Sequence record: MW845759.1
Strand: one strand, 5' to 3'
Length of the DNA stretch: 64,000 nt
A model generated the notes under the pieces. That model saw nothing but the letters and a program-made list of their open reading frames with translations, had not been told where the DNA came from and made no database searches. Below are positions 37,627 to 46,111 of this stretch, one piece after another. The translations under genes were made by a program, and so were the position numbers. The first letter of the stretch is position 1. The number at the start of each line of letters is the position of its first letter.

Positions 37627-38367
37627 ATGTACCAGTTTTTAAGACAGCTTGGAGATGAGCGTTCGCAGACAGCCCGTGACAGTTGGCTGGACGAGTTTGA
37701 TAAGTTCTACTTCCCCGTGCGGGAAAGAGGGGTAACCATCCAACGCACGATTCATACTTGGAACGGTGTAGCCCTTCCGAACATCATGTGGCGACTGCGC
37801 GCATTTGATGCGTTGGAGAAGTGGTGGGTTGGCTCTGGTTATGCAGATTGCCCTGTAGCAACTTATGCCCCGTCGTGGGACGAGCATGTCTATCGACAGG
37901 CGTATGAAGAGATGCAGTTCCATGCACCGTTTGATACGGCGGCGTTCTTAGCTGCCATCGACGCCAAGACTGGGCGTGACCTGTTGATATTTAAAAGCAT
38001 CATTCTGCCTGAGTGGACACTCTCACCGTCGTACAATTACGTTGATGAACCGTCCAAGCTTTATCGCGTGATGCGCGACATCTGGTACGGCCCTCGCGCA
38101 CCGAGTGTTCGTTTGGAATTCAGTGACTGTGCCATTCAATACGCGTGGCACCAGAACCACTATTTCCTGTACCAGCCTGAACCGGAGCTGTGGATGTGGA
38201 TAGCCCATCATGCTAAACCGTCCTACGCTAAAGGCCGTTTGTATGCACTCAACGTCAAAAACGATCTGAGTGTATTAGAGGAGCGCTACTTGCATTCTCT
38301 GGTGAATATACAAGTCACTAAACCAAACGGGAAGAAGGCATTATGGATGGGTGGACGGCCGAGCTAA
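37627..38367 (+). CDS. Hypothetical protein
   Basis: Start MYQF, RBS ggag; Trp/Tyr-rich. Confidence 0.75.
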   Translation: MYQFLRQLGDERSQTARDSWLDEFDKFYFPVRERGVTIQRTIHTWNGVALPNIMWRLRAFDALEKWWVGSGYADCPVATYAPSWDEHVYRQAYEEMQFHAPFDTAAFLAAIDAKTGRDLLIFKSIILPEWTLSPSYNYVDEPSKLYRVMRDIWYGPRAPSVRLEFSDCAIQYAWHQNHYFLYQPEPELWMWIAHHAKPSYAKGRLYALNVKNDLSVLEERYLHSLVNIQVTKPNGKKALWMGGRPS

Positions 38368-38465
38368 TCGGTAGTGGTATATTTTTAGCTACTTCGTTTT
38401 TATTTCTCTACATTATTCATCGTCGGGACAGGAAGTCCAGAAGGGGTTCGAATGAAAAATCCTAA
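38343..38465 (+). CDS. 40-aa single-pass membrane protein not in ORF track
   Basis: MDGWTAELIGSGIFLATSFLFLYIIHRRDRKSRRGSNEKS; TM followed by basic tail. Confidence 0.5.
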   Translation: MDGWTAELIGSGIFLATSFLFLYIIHRRDRKSRRGSNEKS

Positions 38466-38598
38466 AGTTATTTTTGGCGTTGTCATGTTGGGTCTGTTCC
38501 TCATGAAGCAGTGGTGGTTATTCTTACCGATGTTCGGTTTCGCGCTGGGCTATCTGATGCGTCGAGAGATTGACCGTCAGGCGAGTAAGAAGTCATGA
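38452..38598 (+). CDS. 48-aa membrane protein not in ORF track
   Basis: MKNPKVIFGVVMLGLFLMKQWWLFLPMFGFALGYLMRREIDRQASKKS; ATGA overlap with next gene. Confidence 0.6.
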   Translation: MKNPKVIFGVVMLGLFLMKQWWLFLPMFGFALGYLMRREIDRQASKKS

Positions 38599-38894
38599 AC
38601 CCGTTCTTTAAGCCGGTGGAGAATCCGGCTTTACTCCCCGTAGTGGTCAAACATCCGCAGCTGCTTTCTGCTGACTTTGATGGGGATTCTCCAAACGGAC
38701 TAATCAGTCCGTACGACCCATTGTGCGTCTGGGTAATGAATCACATTGTTCCGGGTATGCGTGCTATTGTTGGCGCATTCCGAGACATTGTTACCAGTCA
38801 CGGTTTCAAAGTGGCGGTAGCTAAAGCACGTAAACAAAAACGGTTGAAAAACCAAAGACGACGTCGCAAAACTAAAGCGATGCGTAAAAAGTAA
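38595..38894 (+). CDS. Small basic-tailed protein containing ADFDGD
   Basis: 99 aa; HPQLLSADFDGD; C-terminus KRLKNQRRRRKTKAMRKK. Confidence 0.65.
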   Translation: MNPFFKPVENPALLPVVVKHPQLLSADFDGDSPNGLISPYDPLCVWVMNHIVPGMRAIVGAFRDIVTSHGFKVAVAKARKQKRLKNQRRRRKTKAMRKK

Positions 38895-38939
38895 TAACCC
38901 AAAAGACATATCTATCAAACATACCGTGGAGCATTCAAA

Positions 38940-39905
38940 ATGAACGAACAAAAGAAAGTTACTTTACCAGGCAGCATCTCTAACATCCCAACCACCAACT
39001 ACGGTCGTGCGTATTCTATCATGAGCACGTGGGGACACATGTACACCGCTGATGAAATGAAGCGCATGCTTATTGGGCGCGGGGTTGATATCACCGATAT
39101 CGATGTTGATGCGCTGCACAAAGCCTGCACCGCTTCTCTAGAAGGCTTAACTGAGCCTAACGCGTCGCTCGAAATCACGTACGAAGACGGCACGAAAGAA
39201 TCACGTTCTGCCTCTGCGTCTCTGATGAAGCCTAAAACTCCCGAAGAGCAGGAGAACGCGTGGACTGAACGTAAACGTGGTTTAATCGTTGCGGCATTGG
39301 CCAGACATCAAAACGACCCCGCTAAACTGATTGATGTTGAGAATCTGACTCAGCGTCTGTTTAGCAAGGACCGTAGCTTCTCCGAACGGGGAAGAGATAT
39401 GATGGAACTCTCATCACTACTGGGCGTAGGCACGCTGAACGAAGACCCGGCATGGGAAACGTTTAAATCTCAACTGGTAGAATCGGTACCGGGGATGCAT
39501 CGGCCGACACCTAATCGTTGGTCCGGTGAGTCTGAGTTGGCGCGTCTTAGCGATTACGATGGCCGTACCCGTTTTAATCCGGGTAATGACTTGGTCAATC
39601 GCTTACTGACCCAAGGGTATCATTCGGACGAAGTTAAGCTTGCTGATTTGGGCGTGGGTAAATTGTTGGACGCTGCTGCTTTCATGGCACCGCATCACAT
39701 GACCATTCATACGAGCACTCCGGGTGAAGATCAAGTTCTTATTGTCCCTAAACCAGCGATTACACGTCAGCGCCTTTCCCATCCTTACGGTCATGCGTTC
39801 CGCACTTACAGCGATGACTATCTGCGCGAACTGGCCATTAAACGTAAAGCGAAACGCATTAAGAATCAACGTCGTCGTCGTAATGCGAAAGCTCGGAGAA
39901 AATAA
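38940..39905 (+). CDS. Hypothetical protein with basic C-terminal tail
   Basis: 321 aa; ends KRKAKRIKNQRRRRNAKARRK. Confidence 0.75.
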   Translation: MNEQKKVTLPGSISNIPTTNYGRAYSIMSTWGHMYTADEMKRMLIGRGVDITDIDVDALHKACTASLEGLTEPNASLEITYEDGTKESRSASASLMKPKTPEEQENAWTERKRGLIVAALARHQNDPAKLIDVENLTQRLFSKDRSFSERGRDMMELSSLLGVGTLNEDPAWETFKSQLVESVPGMHRPTPNRWSGESELARLSDYDGRTRFNPGNDLVNRLLTQGYHSDEVKLADLGVGKLLDAAAFMAPHHMTIHTSTPGEDQVLIVPKPAITRQRLSHPYGHAFRTYSDDYLRELAIKRKAKRIKNQRRRRNAKARRK

Positions 39906-40087
39906 TGGAAAAGGAATTTCAGTTGCAACCCGTACCTTTTATCGTGCGTCCTCCTGAGGAGCCTGAAGGTACGGTACTGCGCTACCGGACAAAGACCACC
40001 ATTGCCGGTAAAGACTATCTGTTATACACACCGGGCCCGCAAGACGACACGTCCGAGCTCGTCGAGGTAAAGTTAAATGAATGCTGA
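39905..40087 (+). CDS. Hypothetical protein
   Basis: 60 aa, TAATG overlap, RBS ggag. Confidence 0.6.
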   Translation: MEKEFQLQPVPFIVRPPEEPEGTVLRYRTKTTIAGKDYLLYTPGPQDDTSELVEVKLNEC

Positions 40088-40277
40088 TGATTTGATTCTG
40101 TTTCAGAAGTTTCTCGGTGTGCTCAGTATTGGCGTCGCCCTGATTGTTGTGGTACTGGCAATCAAAGTGGGGATCGATAAATACGTTGACCGCAATAACT
40201 ACTTTGAAGAGGAAGAGGGTTCAAGTAATGACGATGATGTGGCACACGAAACACGAACATTACCACACTCTAAATAA
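40077..40277 (+). CDS. Small single-pass membrane protein
   Basis: TM FLGVLSIGVALIVVVLAI, acidic C-terminus; RBS gagg. Confidence 0.6.
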   Translation: MNADDLILFQKFLGVLSIGVALIVVVLAIKVGIDKYVDRNNYFEEEEGSSNDDDVAHETRTLPHSK

Positions 40278-40545
40278 CGAGATTGCGGAATGGGCGAAAG
40301 TGAACGTAGGGCCAAACTGGGATTTGGAAACCACCTATACGTTCATCTGGTTTGATGGGGAAGAGCGTCTGTTCCGTGAAGATGTTCGTGAGAAAGTGAT
40401 GTCGAAGATGGAAGGGCATCCGCCTATTCCAGAGAACCATCGCCGTCTTTACAACCTCTATCAAAACTACAATCACAATCCGGTGAAGACGTACTTCACG
40501 TACATCGACGTACCGGCTGAAGACTGTTACGAGAAAGAGCGGTAA
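40228..40545 (+). CDS. Hypothetical protein
   Basis: Likely start MTMMW at 40228, RBS gaggg. Confidence 0.6.
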   Translation: MTMMWHTKHEHYHTLNNEIAEWAKVNVGPNWDLETTYTFIWFDGEERLFREDVREKVMSKMEGHPPIPENHRRLYNLYQNYNHNPVKTYFTYIDVPAEDCYEKER

Positions 40546-40547
40546 TC

Positions 40548-41045
40548 ATGCTATCATTAAAGTTTCTTCGCGAGTCGACTATCGACGGGAATTTGTTCAA
40601 CGCACCGGAGACGTATAAAGTCGTTACGGTGAATCAAGTCGGGGCTATGGGTCGGGGCATAGCACTCTCTTGCAAAGAACGTTATCCCAATGTCTATCGG
40701 GAGTACCGTAAGGCATGTCGTGAGAAACTTTATTTCCCCGACGATGTCATGGTGTTCGAAGAGGAGAAGATTATTCTCCTCGCCACTAAAGACGACTGGA
40801 AAGCCCCATCCACGGTTGAAATTATTACACGTGGGTTATATGGTTTGAGTCGTCAACTCCCGAACCTTAACGCCTCCATTGCCATTCCGCCGTTGGGAAT
40901 GGTTAATGGGTGGCTGAAGAAATCCCAGCGTGCTGAGATTTTTTCTTTGGTCGTTGAACTTTTCCACAAACAAGACTGTAACGTGAGAGTGTACCTCCCG
41001 GACGTTTTGTATGAGGAGGTACGTGAGTTGTACCATTCCAAATAG
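40548..41045 (+). CDS. Macrodomain protein (DarG/TARG1-like ADP-ribosyl hydrolase)
   Basis: VN.VGAMGRGIAL..KERYP, ATKDDWKAPS..E.I..GL, SIAIPPLG..NG motifs. Confidence 0.8.
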   Translation: MLSLKFLRESTIDGNLFNAPETYKVVTVNQVGAMGRGIALSCKERYPNVYREYRKACREKLYFPDDVMVFEEEKIILLATKDDWKAPSTVEIITRGLYGLSRQLPNLNASIAIPPLGMVNGWLKKSQRAEIFSLVVELFHKQDCNVRVYLPDVLYEEVRELYHSK

Positions 41046-41046
41046 G

Positions 41047-41073
41047 CATGGATATATATTCTCATTGTGGCTA
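41047..41073 (+). promoter_or_regulatory. Candidate early promoter, class 1 variant
   Basis: gatatatattctcattgtggcta upstream of the lytic transglycosylase gene. Confidence 0.4.
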
Positions 41074-41197
41074 ATAGATTAGTCCGAGAACATCACTTTA
41101 TTAATTTCCGCAGGAGGCAGACTTAGGAACACCACGCCATTGGGGTAGTAGCATTACTACAAACCAGCGTCAACCACTCTCACGAGGAACACGTTAA

Positions 41198-42055
41198 ATG
41201 AAACATTTACTTTTAGGCTTAGCAATCCTGCTGACAAGCCTGCCCGCATTAGCATCAACATCCACGAGCGCTTCATGGGACCGCCATAAGCAGACGGTAG
41301 CCAAAGCAGCACACAAAGTTGGAGTGTCACCCAAATTAGCCACCGCCATTGCCGGCCGTGAATCCGGCGGTAACGCCAAGGCAAGAAATCCACACTCCTC
41401 GGCCTCGGGCCTGATGGGTGTCACGCGACCGACCGCTCGCTCCATGCTGCGTAAATACGGTAAAGAGTTAGGGCTCTCCCGTAATGCGGATATCATGAAC
41501 CCAAAGGTCAACGCGCTGTTAGGGACTGTCTATTTAAGAGAAGTCCGTCAGGAAATGAATCAACGCTTGGGTCGTCCAGCCCGGGATCACGAAGTGTATC
41601 TTGCATATCACTTTTCTCCCGCAAAAGCTGAACGCATTATTAAAGCGCGCCCTTCGAAACGCATGGTAGATATCTATCCCTCCGCAGCACGCGGTAACAA
41701 GGCATGGTATTACCACAAAGGCGGAAAGGCGAAATCTGCTGCTGATGTGATTAGCATGGCACGAAACAAAGTCGGCAAAGAGTCGAAGTATGGTCACGAA
41801 GCTGTGTCAATAGCCGAGAATACACAGAAGGCTAAAGCCGCTCCTACAACGTTAGCGAGTATGGCTACCACCACACCGGTCTGCATGGCAGACGTGGTAT
41901 CTGAGTCGTCTCAGCCTCGTGAACACCCTTTATTGGTGAAAGGTACGTTAGGCACAAGCGTGATGTCACGCTGCCGTGACACCTCCACCTTGGACCCGGA
42001 GTTTGATACTGCGATGGTGCGGTACTCCCTAAAAGAACAGTATTTGCGTTATTAA
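41198..42055 (+). CDS. Signal-peptide-bearing lytic transglycosylase (SLT/GH23-like)
   Basis: MKHLLLGLAILLTSLPALA signal; RES (catalytic Glu), ASGLMG, LGTVYL and YLAYH motifs. Confidence 0.8.
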   Translation: MKHLLLGLAILLTSLPALASTSTSASWDRHKQTVAKAAHKVGVSPKLATAIAGRESGGNAKARNPHSSASGLMGVTRPTARSMLRKYGKELGLSRNADIMNPKVNALLGTVYLREVRQEMNQRLGRPARDHEVYLAYHFSPAKAERIIKARPSKRMVDIYPSAARGNKAWYYHKGGKAKSAADVISMARNKVGKESKYGHEAVSIAENTQKAKAAPTTLASMATTTPVCMADVVSESSQPREHPLLVKGTLGTSVMSRCRDTSTLDPEFDTAMVRYSLKEQYLRY

Positions 42056-42068
42056 TCAGGAGCAGACG

Positions 42069-42542
42069 GTGAAACAGAAACAGCCGGCTTATTATCGCCC
42101 TATCGCGGAAGCATTACGCCTTACCGCGAACCAGGCAGTGAGTCAGACGTTGAAGAGTAACTTTGGCGTGAAGAGCACGTTTTATCGTGTGCATGATTGC
42201 CAGCATACGTTAGAGCATGCCTTAGAACGCCGTCATTTTGACTTTGACACAGCGTACGGATTGCTTTATCTGATGGGTTATCGCCCGTCGTTATTAGAAA
42301 CGGCTGACGGCCATGCGTTGTTGCTGCTCCCGTCTACGACCTATAACCGAACCATCACACTGGAAATTGCGACTCAGGAAGCGAAAGTGTATCTGGCCAG
42401 AACACTGAAGCTCTCTGATGAAACGCTTTCTATTAAGAAGCAGTTGGCAGCTTTCGGCGACGGCCGTCAGATTCTGCGCGATACTTCACTTCCACGTGAG
42501 AAGTTCTTACTTGAGTACAAACGTTATGAAGACGCTGCTTGA
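42069..42542 (+). CDS. Hypothetical protein
   Basis: GTG start, RBS aggag. Confidence 0.7.
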   Translation: MKQKQPAYYRPIAEALRLTANQAVSQTLKSNFGVKSTFYRVHDCQHTLEHALERRHFDFDTAYGLLYLMGYRPSLLETADGHALLLLPSTTYNRTITLEIATQEAKVYLARTLKLSDETLSIKKQLAAFGDGRQILRDTSLPREKFLLEYKRYEDAA

Positions 42543-43035
42543 CCTGACCCGCTTTTACAACCAGCCAGACAGCAAGGAAGTGTTAGCGCTGACTATGCCG
42601 GTATTGGTCGAGGCGTGTCGTCTTGACGTCTCTGTGGAAACTGCACTCATCTCCTCAACCGCCATTACGGACTACGATGTCGAAGCGTATCTAAATTCGC
42701 AACATATCGTCGTACCGTATAACATGCACGTGGTGATTGCGCCGGAACATCGGATGGTGTATCAAACAGCCACACCGGTTCCGTTGTTTGGGGATGCCTT
42801 ATCCTACGACCTGACAGCAGCAACCTTTTTCAAAACCGGTGTTGGCATGTCCTATCGCAAGTGGGCTCTTGCGGTGTGGGAAGACAACGCGGATGCGATT
42901 ACGGTGCTCGCAGTCATGGACGAAGAACGGCTGGACCCTGAGGTGATTACTGTTACCAATGTTGAAGGGCGGACGAACGCGTGCATCTTTACGCCAGAGA
43001 TGTGTTACGTGCGAATCGACCCAAGCAAACAATAA
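42526..43035 (+). CDS. Hypothetical protein
   Basis: Likely start MKTLL at 42526, overlapping the previous gene end. Confidence 0.65.
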   Translation: MKTLLDLTRFYNQPDSKEVLALTMPVLVEACRLDVSVETALISSTAITDYDVEAYLNSQHIVVPYNMHVVIAPEHRMVYQTATPVPLFGDALSYDLTAATFFKTGVGMSYRKWALAVWEDNADAITVLAVMDEERLDPEVITVTNVEGRTNACIFTPEMCYVRIDPSKQ

Positions 43036-43043
43036 AAAGGTAC

Positions 43044-43080
43044 CCTACCCCCGACGGGGGTAGGTCCTTAGTTTATTTTT
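43044..43080. terminator. Bidirectional terminator between convergent genes
   Basis: cctaccccc-gac-gggggtagg with flanking A- and T-rich tracts. Confidence 0.75.
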
Positions 43081-43692
43081 TTAGCCCTTACTTGCCGCAA
43101 TTTTCATCAGCTCATCATTGAGCTTTTGCAAGTCGTCAGCACGCTTCTGTAAAGTCGCCACTTGTTCCTCCAGTGGCACCGCGTCACGAATGTTCTGTTT
43201 ACGCTTACTTTCCATTTCCACGTGCTGGGCGTTGTCGACCTGACCTTCGTAGCGCATTGTGGAGATATACGGCGTAGGGAGAATACCCAACTTACCCTGC
43301 AGGTAGTTCGTGAAGTCCCCAGTAAAGGCTTGCACATCCACATAGTCAGGCAGGAGGGCTAAGTCCACCACCAACACATTCCGGTTGTACTTTAACCCGG
43401 TTAATCCCGGGTAAGAAGACAGGTACGTGTTCGGCACATAACGTACTTCGCCGTCGTTTGCCTTGAACACCAGAATCGATGCACTCGCCGCCGCATCGGC
43501 CTTGTAATCGGCCTGAGTGATGTTATGAGGCGCATAGTACGTGTCGTATACCGGCTTATTGTTGCGTTCTAACTCCGGGAAGGTACGAATCGCGTCTAAG
43601 CGATAGATAACCCCTTGCGGTAATTCAAACGGCGAGAGACAGATAAATGTCCCTTCGCAGTTGATGGGGGGCGTTAGTGGTTTACGCGCCAT
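43081..43692 (-). CDS. Conserved jumbo-phage protein, probably virion structural
   Basis: 203 aa, RBS aggag, C-terminal coiled coil; assignment by resemblance only. Confidence 0.55.
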   Translation of the reverse strand: MARKPLTPPINCEGTFICLSPFELPQGVIYRLDAIRTFPELERNNKPVYDTYYAPHNITQADYKADAAASASILVFKANDGEVRYVPNTYLSSYPGLTGLKYNRNVLVVDLALLPDYVDVQAFTGDFTNYLQGKLGILPTPYISTMRYEGQVDNAQHVEMESKRKQNIRDAVPLEEQVATLQKRADDLQKLNDELMKIAASKG

Positions 43693-43701
43693 TTATTCTC
43701 C

Positions 43702-45039
43702 TTAGACGACTTCAGGCCAGACCGAAGTGCGACTGAGCACACGGTATTCCACGTTCTCATGTTCGAAGACGTAGAAGGCCAGCTCTTTGTTGTTTTCATC
43801 AACAACCTTCACCACATCGGTGGTGCCGGCATACGGATGGTACTCTTCAGCTGCAATCAAAGCCTGAATGTACAGACGAATCCACTCGGTGGTGGGTTTC
43901 GATACGCGTGAGATTTCACTGGACGACGTAGAGATTAACGCGTAGTCCTTGATGGTCTCATGCAGTGTCTTTTTATTGTCTGCGTTTTCAGGTCCGCTGA
44001 TGCACACTGCACTCAGCGATTTGTACTGGGCAGGGACGAGACAAACATCGGTGGTTGGGAGTTTGTGCGGATTATCTTCATCGATAGCCGCCGTAGACCA
44101 TTCACCAAACGTGTCAATCGACTTCAGGATGAAATCGTATGGCAGCATCGGGGAGTACAGTGAAGCGACATCTTCCATGTTTGGAATGCCGCGAATCTTC
44201 CACCCCGGAATAAAGGTAAAGCGTGTGGTCGAGAACAAATCTGGGAAGACTTTTGCCCAGTCCTTTCGGCTATACCCCGACTGCGACAGAACCGCATCTT
44301 GATACGCTTCTTTGACGTAGGTCGGATTGCGACCCTGTGGGCCGTAAATGATACAGGTAAAGACAATATTCGGGATAGTGGATTCACTGTCCTCACGGTC
44401 ATGCCAGGTGTAGTAGTTTGTCTGGATGGCCGTATAGGGGAACTTGTTTGCCATCTCGTTCACTTTATCGTGATGGTCAGGCAACGTCCACCCTGCTAAT
44501 GCTTTTTCGACCACTGTCTTAACTGACTGGAAAGTGTCGATAGGATTCAACATCAAAATGACTTCGATGTCATAGCCACGGTAATCCTTGGCAAAATCTG
44601 CATCGGAGAACCAGAGACGGATTTCGTTCTCTTCCTGCCCTTCGAGCGTGTAGGCAATCCAACGTGGGAACCAGTTCCCCTTGCCTTCCACCATCGCGCC
44701 GGTAGAAACCTTAGAAATTTTGGATGAAAACTGTCCGACCAGCAGACGTTGGAACTCGACCTCGTCGTTTTTCAACACGCCGTTAATCGCTTGTGAGTAG
44801 ATCCACTGCGTAACTGTTAAAACGTTATCGGAGAACGACGACGGAACAGTAATGGCTACCTTATCTCGTTTTGAGGTGAAGGCAACCAGTTCCACCTGGG
44901 CGTTTGCTTTACTAAACCATTGTTTATCTTTAGCAAAGCTGGTAGCATACTCTGAGAGCTCCCCTACAGGAGCTGTAACACCGCCGGGTGTATTGTCTTT
45001 CAGCGGGCCAATATTGATGAACCCTTGTAAATCGTACAT
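43702..45039 (-). CDS. Conserved jumbo-phage protein, probably virion structural
   Basis: 445 aa, RBS ggag; assignment by resemblance only. Confidence 0.55.
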   Translation of the reverse strand: MYDLQGFINIGPLKDNTPGGVTAPVGELSEYATSFAKDKQWFSKANAQVELVAFTSKRDKVAITVPSSFSDNVLTVTQWIYSQAINGVLKNDEVEFQRLLVGQFSSKISKVSTGAMVEGKGNWFPRWIAYTLEGQEENEIRLWFSDADFAKDYRGYDIEVILMLNPIDTFQSVKTVVEKALAGWTLPDHHDKVNEMANKFPYTAIQTNYYTWHDREDSESTIPNIVFTCIIYGPQGRNPTYVKEAYQDAVLSQSGYSRKDWAKVFPDLFSTTRFTFIPGWKIRGIPNMEDVASLYSPMLPYDFILKSIDTFGEWSTAAIDEDNPHKLPTTDVCLVPAQYKSLSAVCISGPENADNKKTLHETIKDYALISTSSSEISRVSKPTTEWIRLYIQALIAAEEYHPYAGTTDVVKVVDENNKELAFYVFEHENVEYRVLSRTSVWPEVV

Positions 45040-45059
45040 ATAACTACTCCGAGGTAAAT

Positions 45060-45572
45060 ATGGTAGCGGGTATAATTAAGCTCCTACCACTATTGACGTT
45101 TCTGCTGGAAGTATTCAAAACTGACGACGGGAAATTCACCGCGAAAGCTAAGGCGTTTTGTCTCGCCATGTTCGCAGTATTCAGTTTCGCTGCTTACGTT
45201 TCGTACGCATACGTTCAGCAGTTTCACGCTTTAGTGGAACTGAAAGCTCATCAGCAGTACCTGATAAAGTCCGAAGGTGAGGCAGTCGGTCGTGCTCTGC
45301 GTTTAGAGAACAGGATAACCGAGTTGGAAAACAAACTCGATATCTGCCGCTCCCGGCCGCCATATGAAGGTGCGTCGTTAAAGCAACCACCTCCCAAAGC
45401 GGCGGACATTGTCCCTATCCCGGTCGTAACAAAACCCGCCCCGATTCCCAAACGTCCCATTCCTTTCACGCCCGACGCCGTCACTCATGTGACAGCCATC
45501 CCTCCTCGTGAGGATAAAGAGAAAGGGATTGCCGACCGTATGGATAAAATCACAAGGCACATTAATAATTAG
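45060..45572 (+). CDS. Putative inner-membrane spanin (i-spanin-like) or holin-like protein
   Basis: N-terminal TM segment(s), coiled coil, Pro-rich linker; followed by a lipoprotein gene. Confidence 0.55.
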   Translation: MVAGIIKLLPLLTFLLEVFKTDDGKFTAKAKAFCLAMFAVFSFAAYVSYAYVQQFHALVELKAHQQYLIKSEGEAVGRALRLENRITELENKLDICRSRPPYEGASLKQPPPKAADIVPIPVVTKPAPIPKRPIPFTPDAVTHVTAIPPREDKEKGIADRMDKITRHINN

Positions 45573-45580
45573 AGGTTTGT

Positions 45581-46027
45581 ATGCCGTGGGTAATTTTGTT
45601 TTTAGCAATGGCAGTGTCAAGTTGTTCGCAGTTTGGTGGTCGCTATACGGGTCCAGTTCAGCAGCTCAAGGATGGGCCGAACGTCTCGGAATACCAGACC
45701 AGCCAGCGTAACGACGCCGCGTTGCGTGAATACGTCACCGCGGTCAATCTTTATGCCTTCTATGTTTTCAACTACACGAAGTCCCTGAACGAGTATGCCG
45801 CCAGTCACGGCTGGAAAGCATTGCCCATGTCTCCACTGTGTGAGCAATACCAAATGCCGGGTTTGATGGACATTCCCGATTTCATGTTCCGGCGTGGGAT
45901 TAAAACTGATGAAGAGGTAGACTTGGCACTAGCCGACTACATTCGTCGATTGCGGATACGCATGGAAGAAAATGCCCAGCGGGTTAATGATGCATTTGTT
46001 AAACACCGTGATGCGTGCATGTACTGA
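45581..46027 (+). CDS. Putative outer-membrane lipoprotein (o-spanin-like)
   Basis: MPWVILFLAMAVSSC lipobox-like signal. Confidence 0.6.
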   Translation: MPWVILFLAMAVSSCSQFGGRYTGPVQQLKDGPNVSEYQTSQRNDAALREYVTAVNLYAFYVFNYTKSLNEYAASHGWKALPMSPLCEQYQMPGLMDIPDFMFRRGIKTDEEVDLALADYIRRLRIRMEENAQRVNDAFVKHRDACMY

Positions 46028-46033
46028 AAAATG

Positions 46034-46068
46034 GGGACTGTCCTTCGGGGCAGTCCCTTTTACTTTTT
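46034..46068 (+). terminator. Intrinsic terminator
   Basis: gggactgtcc-ttcg-gggcagtccc plus T-tract. Confidence 0.85.
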
Positions 46069-46093
46069 TACGCTATGACCTAATAGTGTGTAT
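46064..46093 (+). promoter_or_regulatory. Candidate phage promoter, class 2
   Basis: ttttttacgctatgacctaatagtgtgtat upstream of the exonuclease gene. Confidence 0.4.
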
Positions 46094-46111
46094 ACAATAA
46101 GGAGACTGCCA

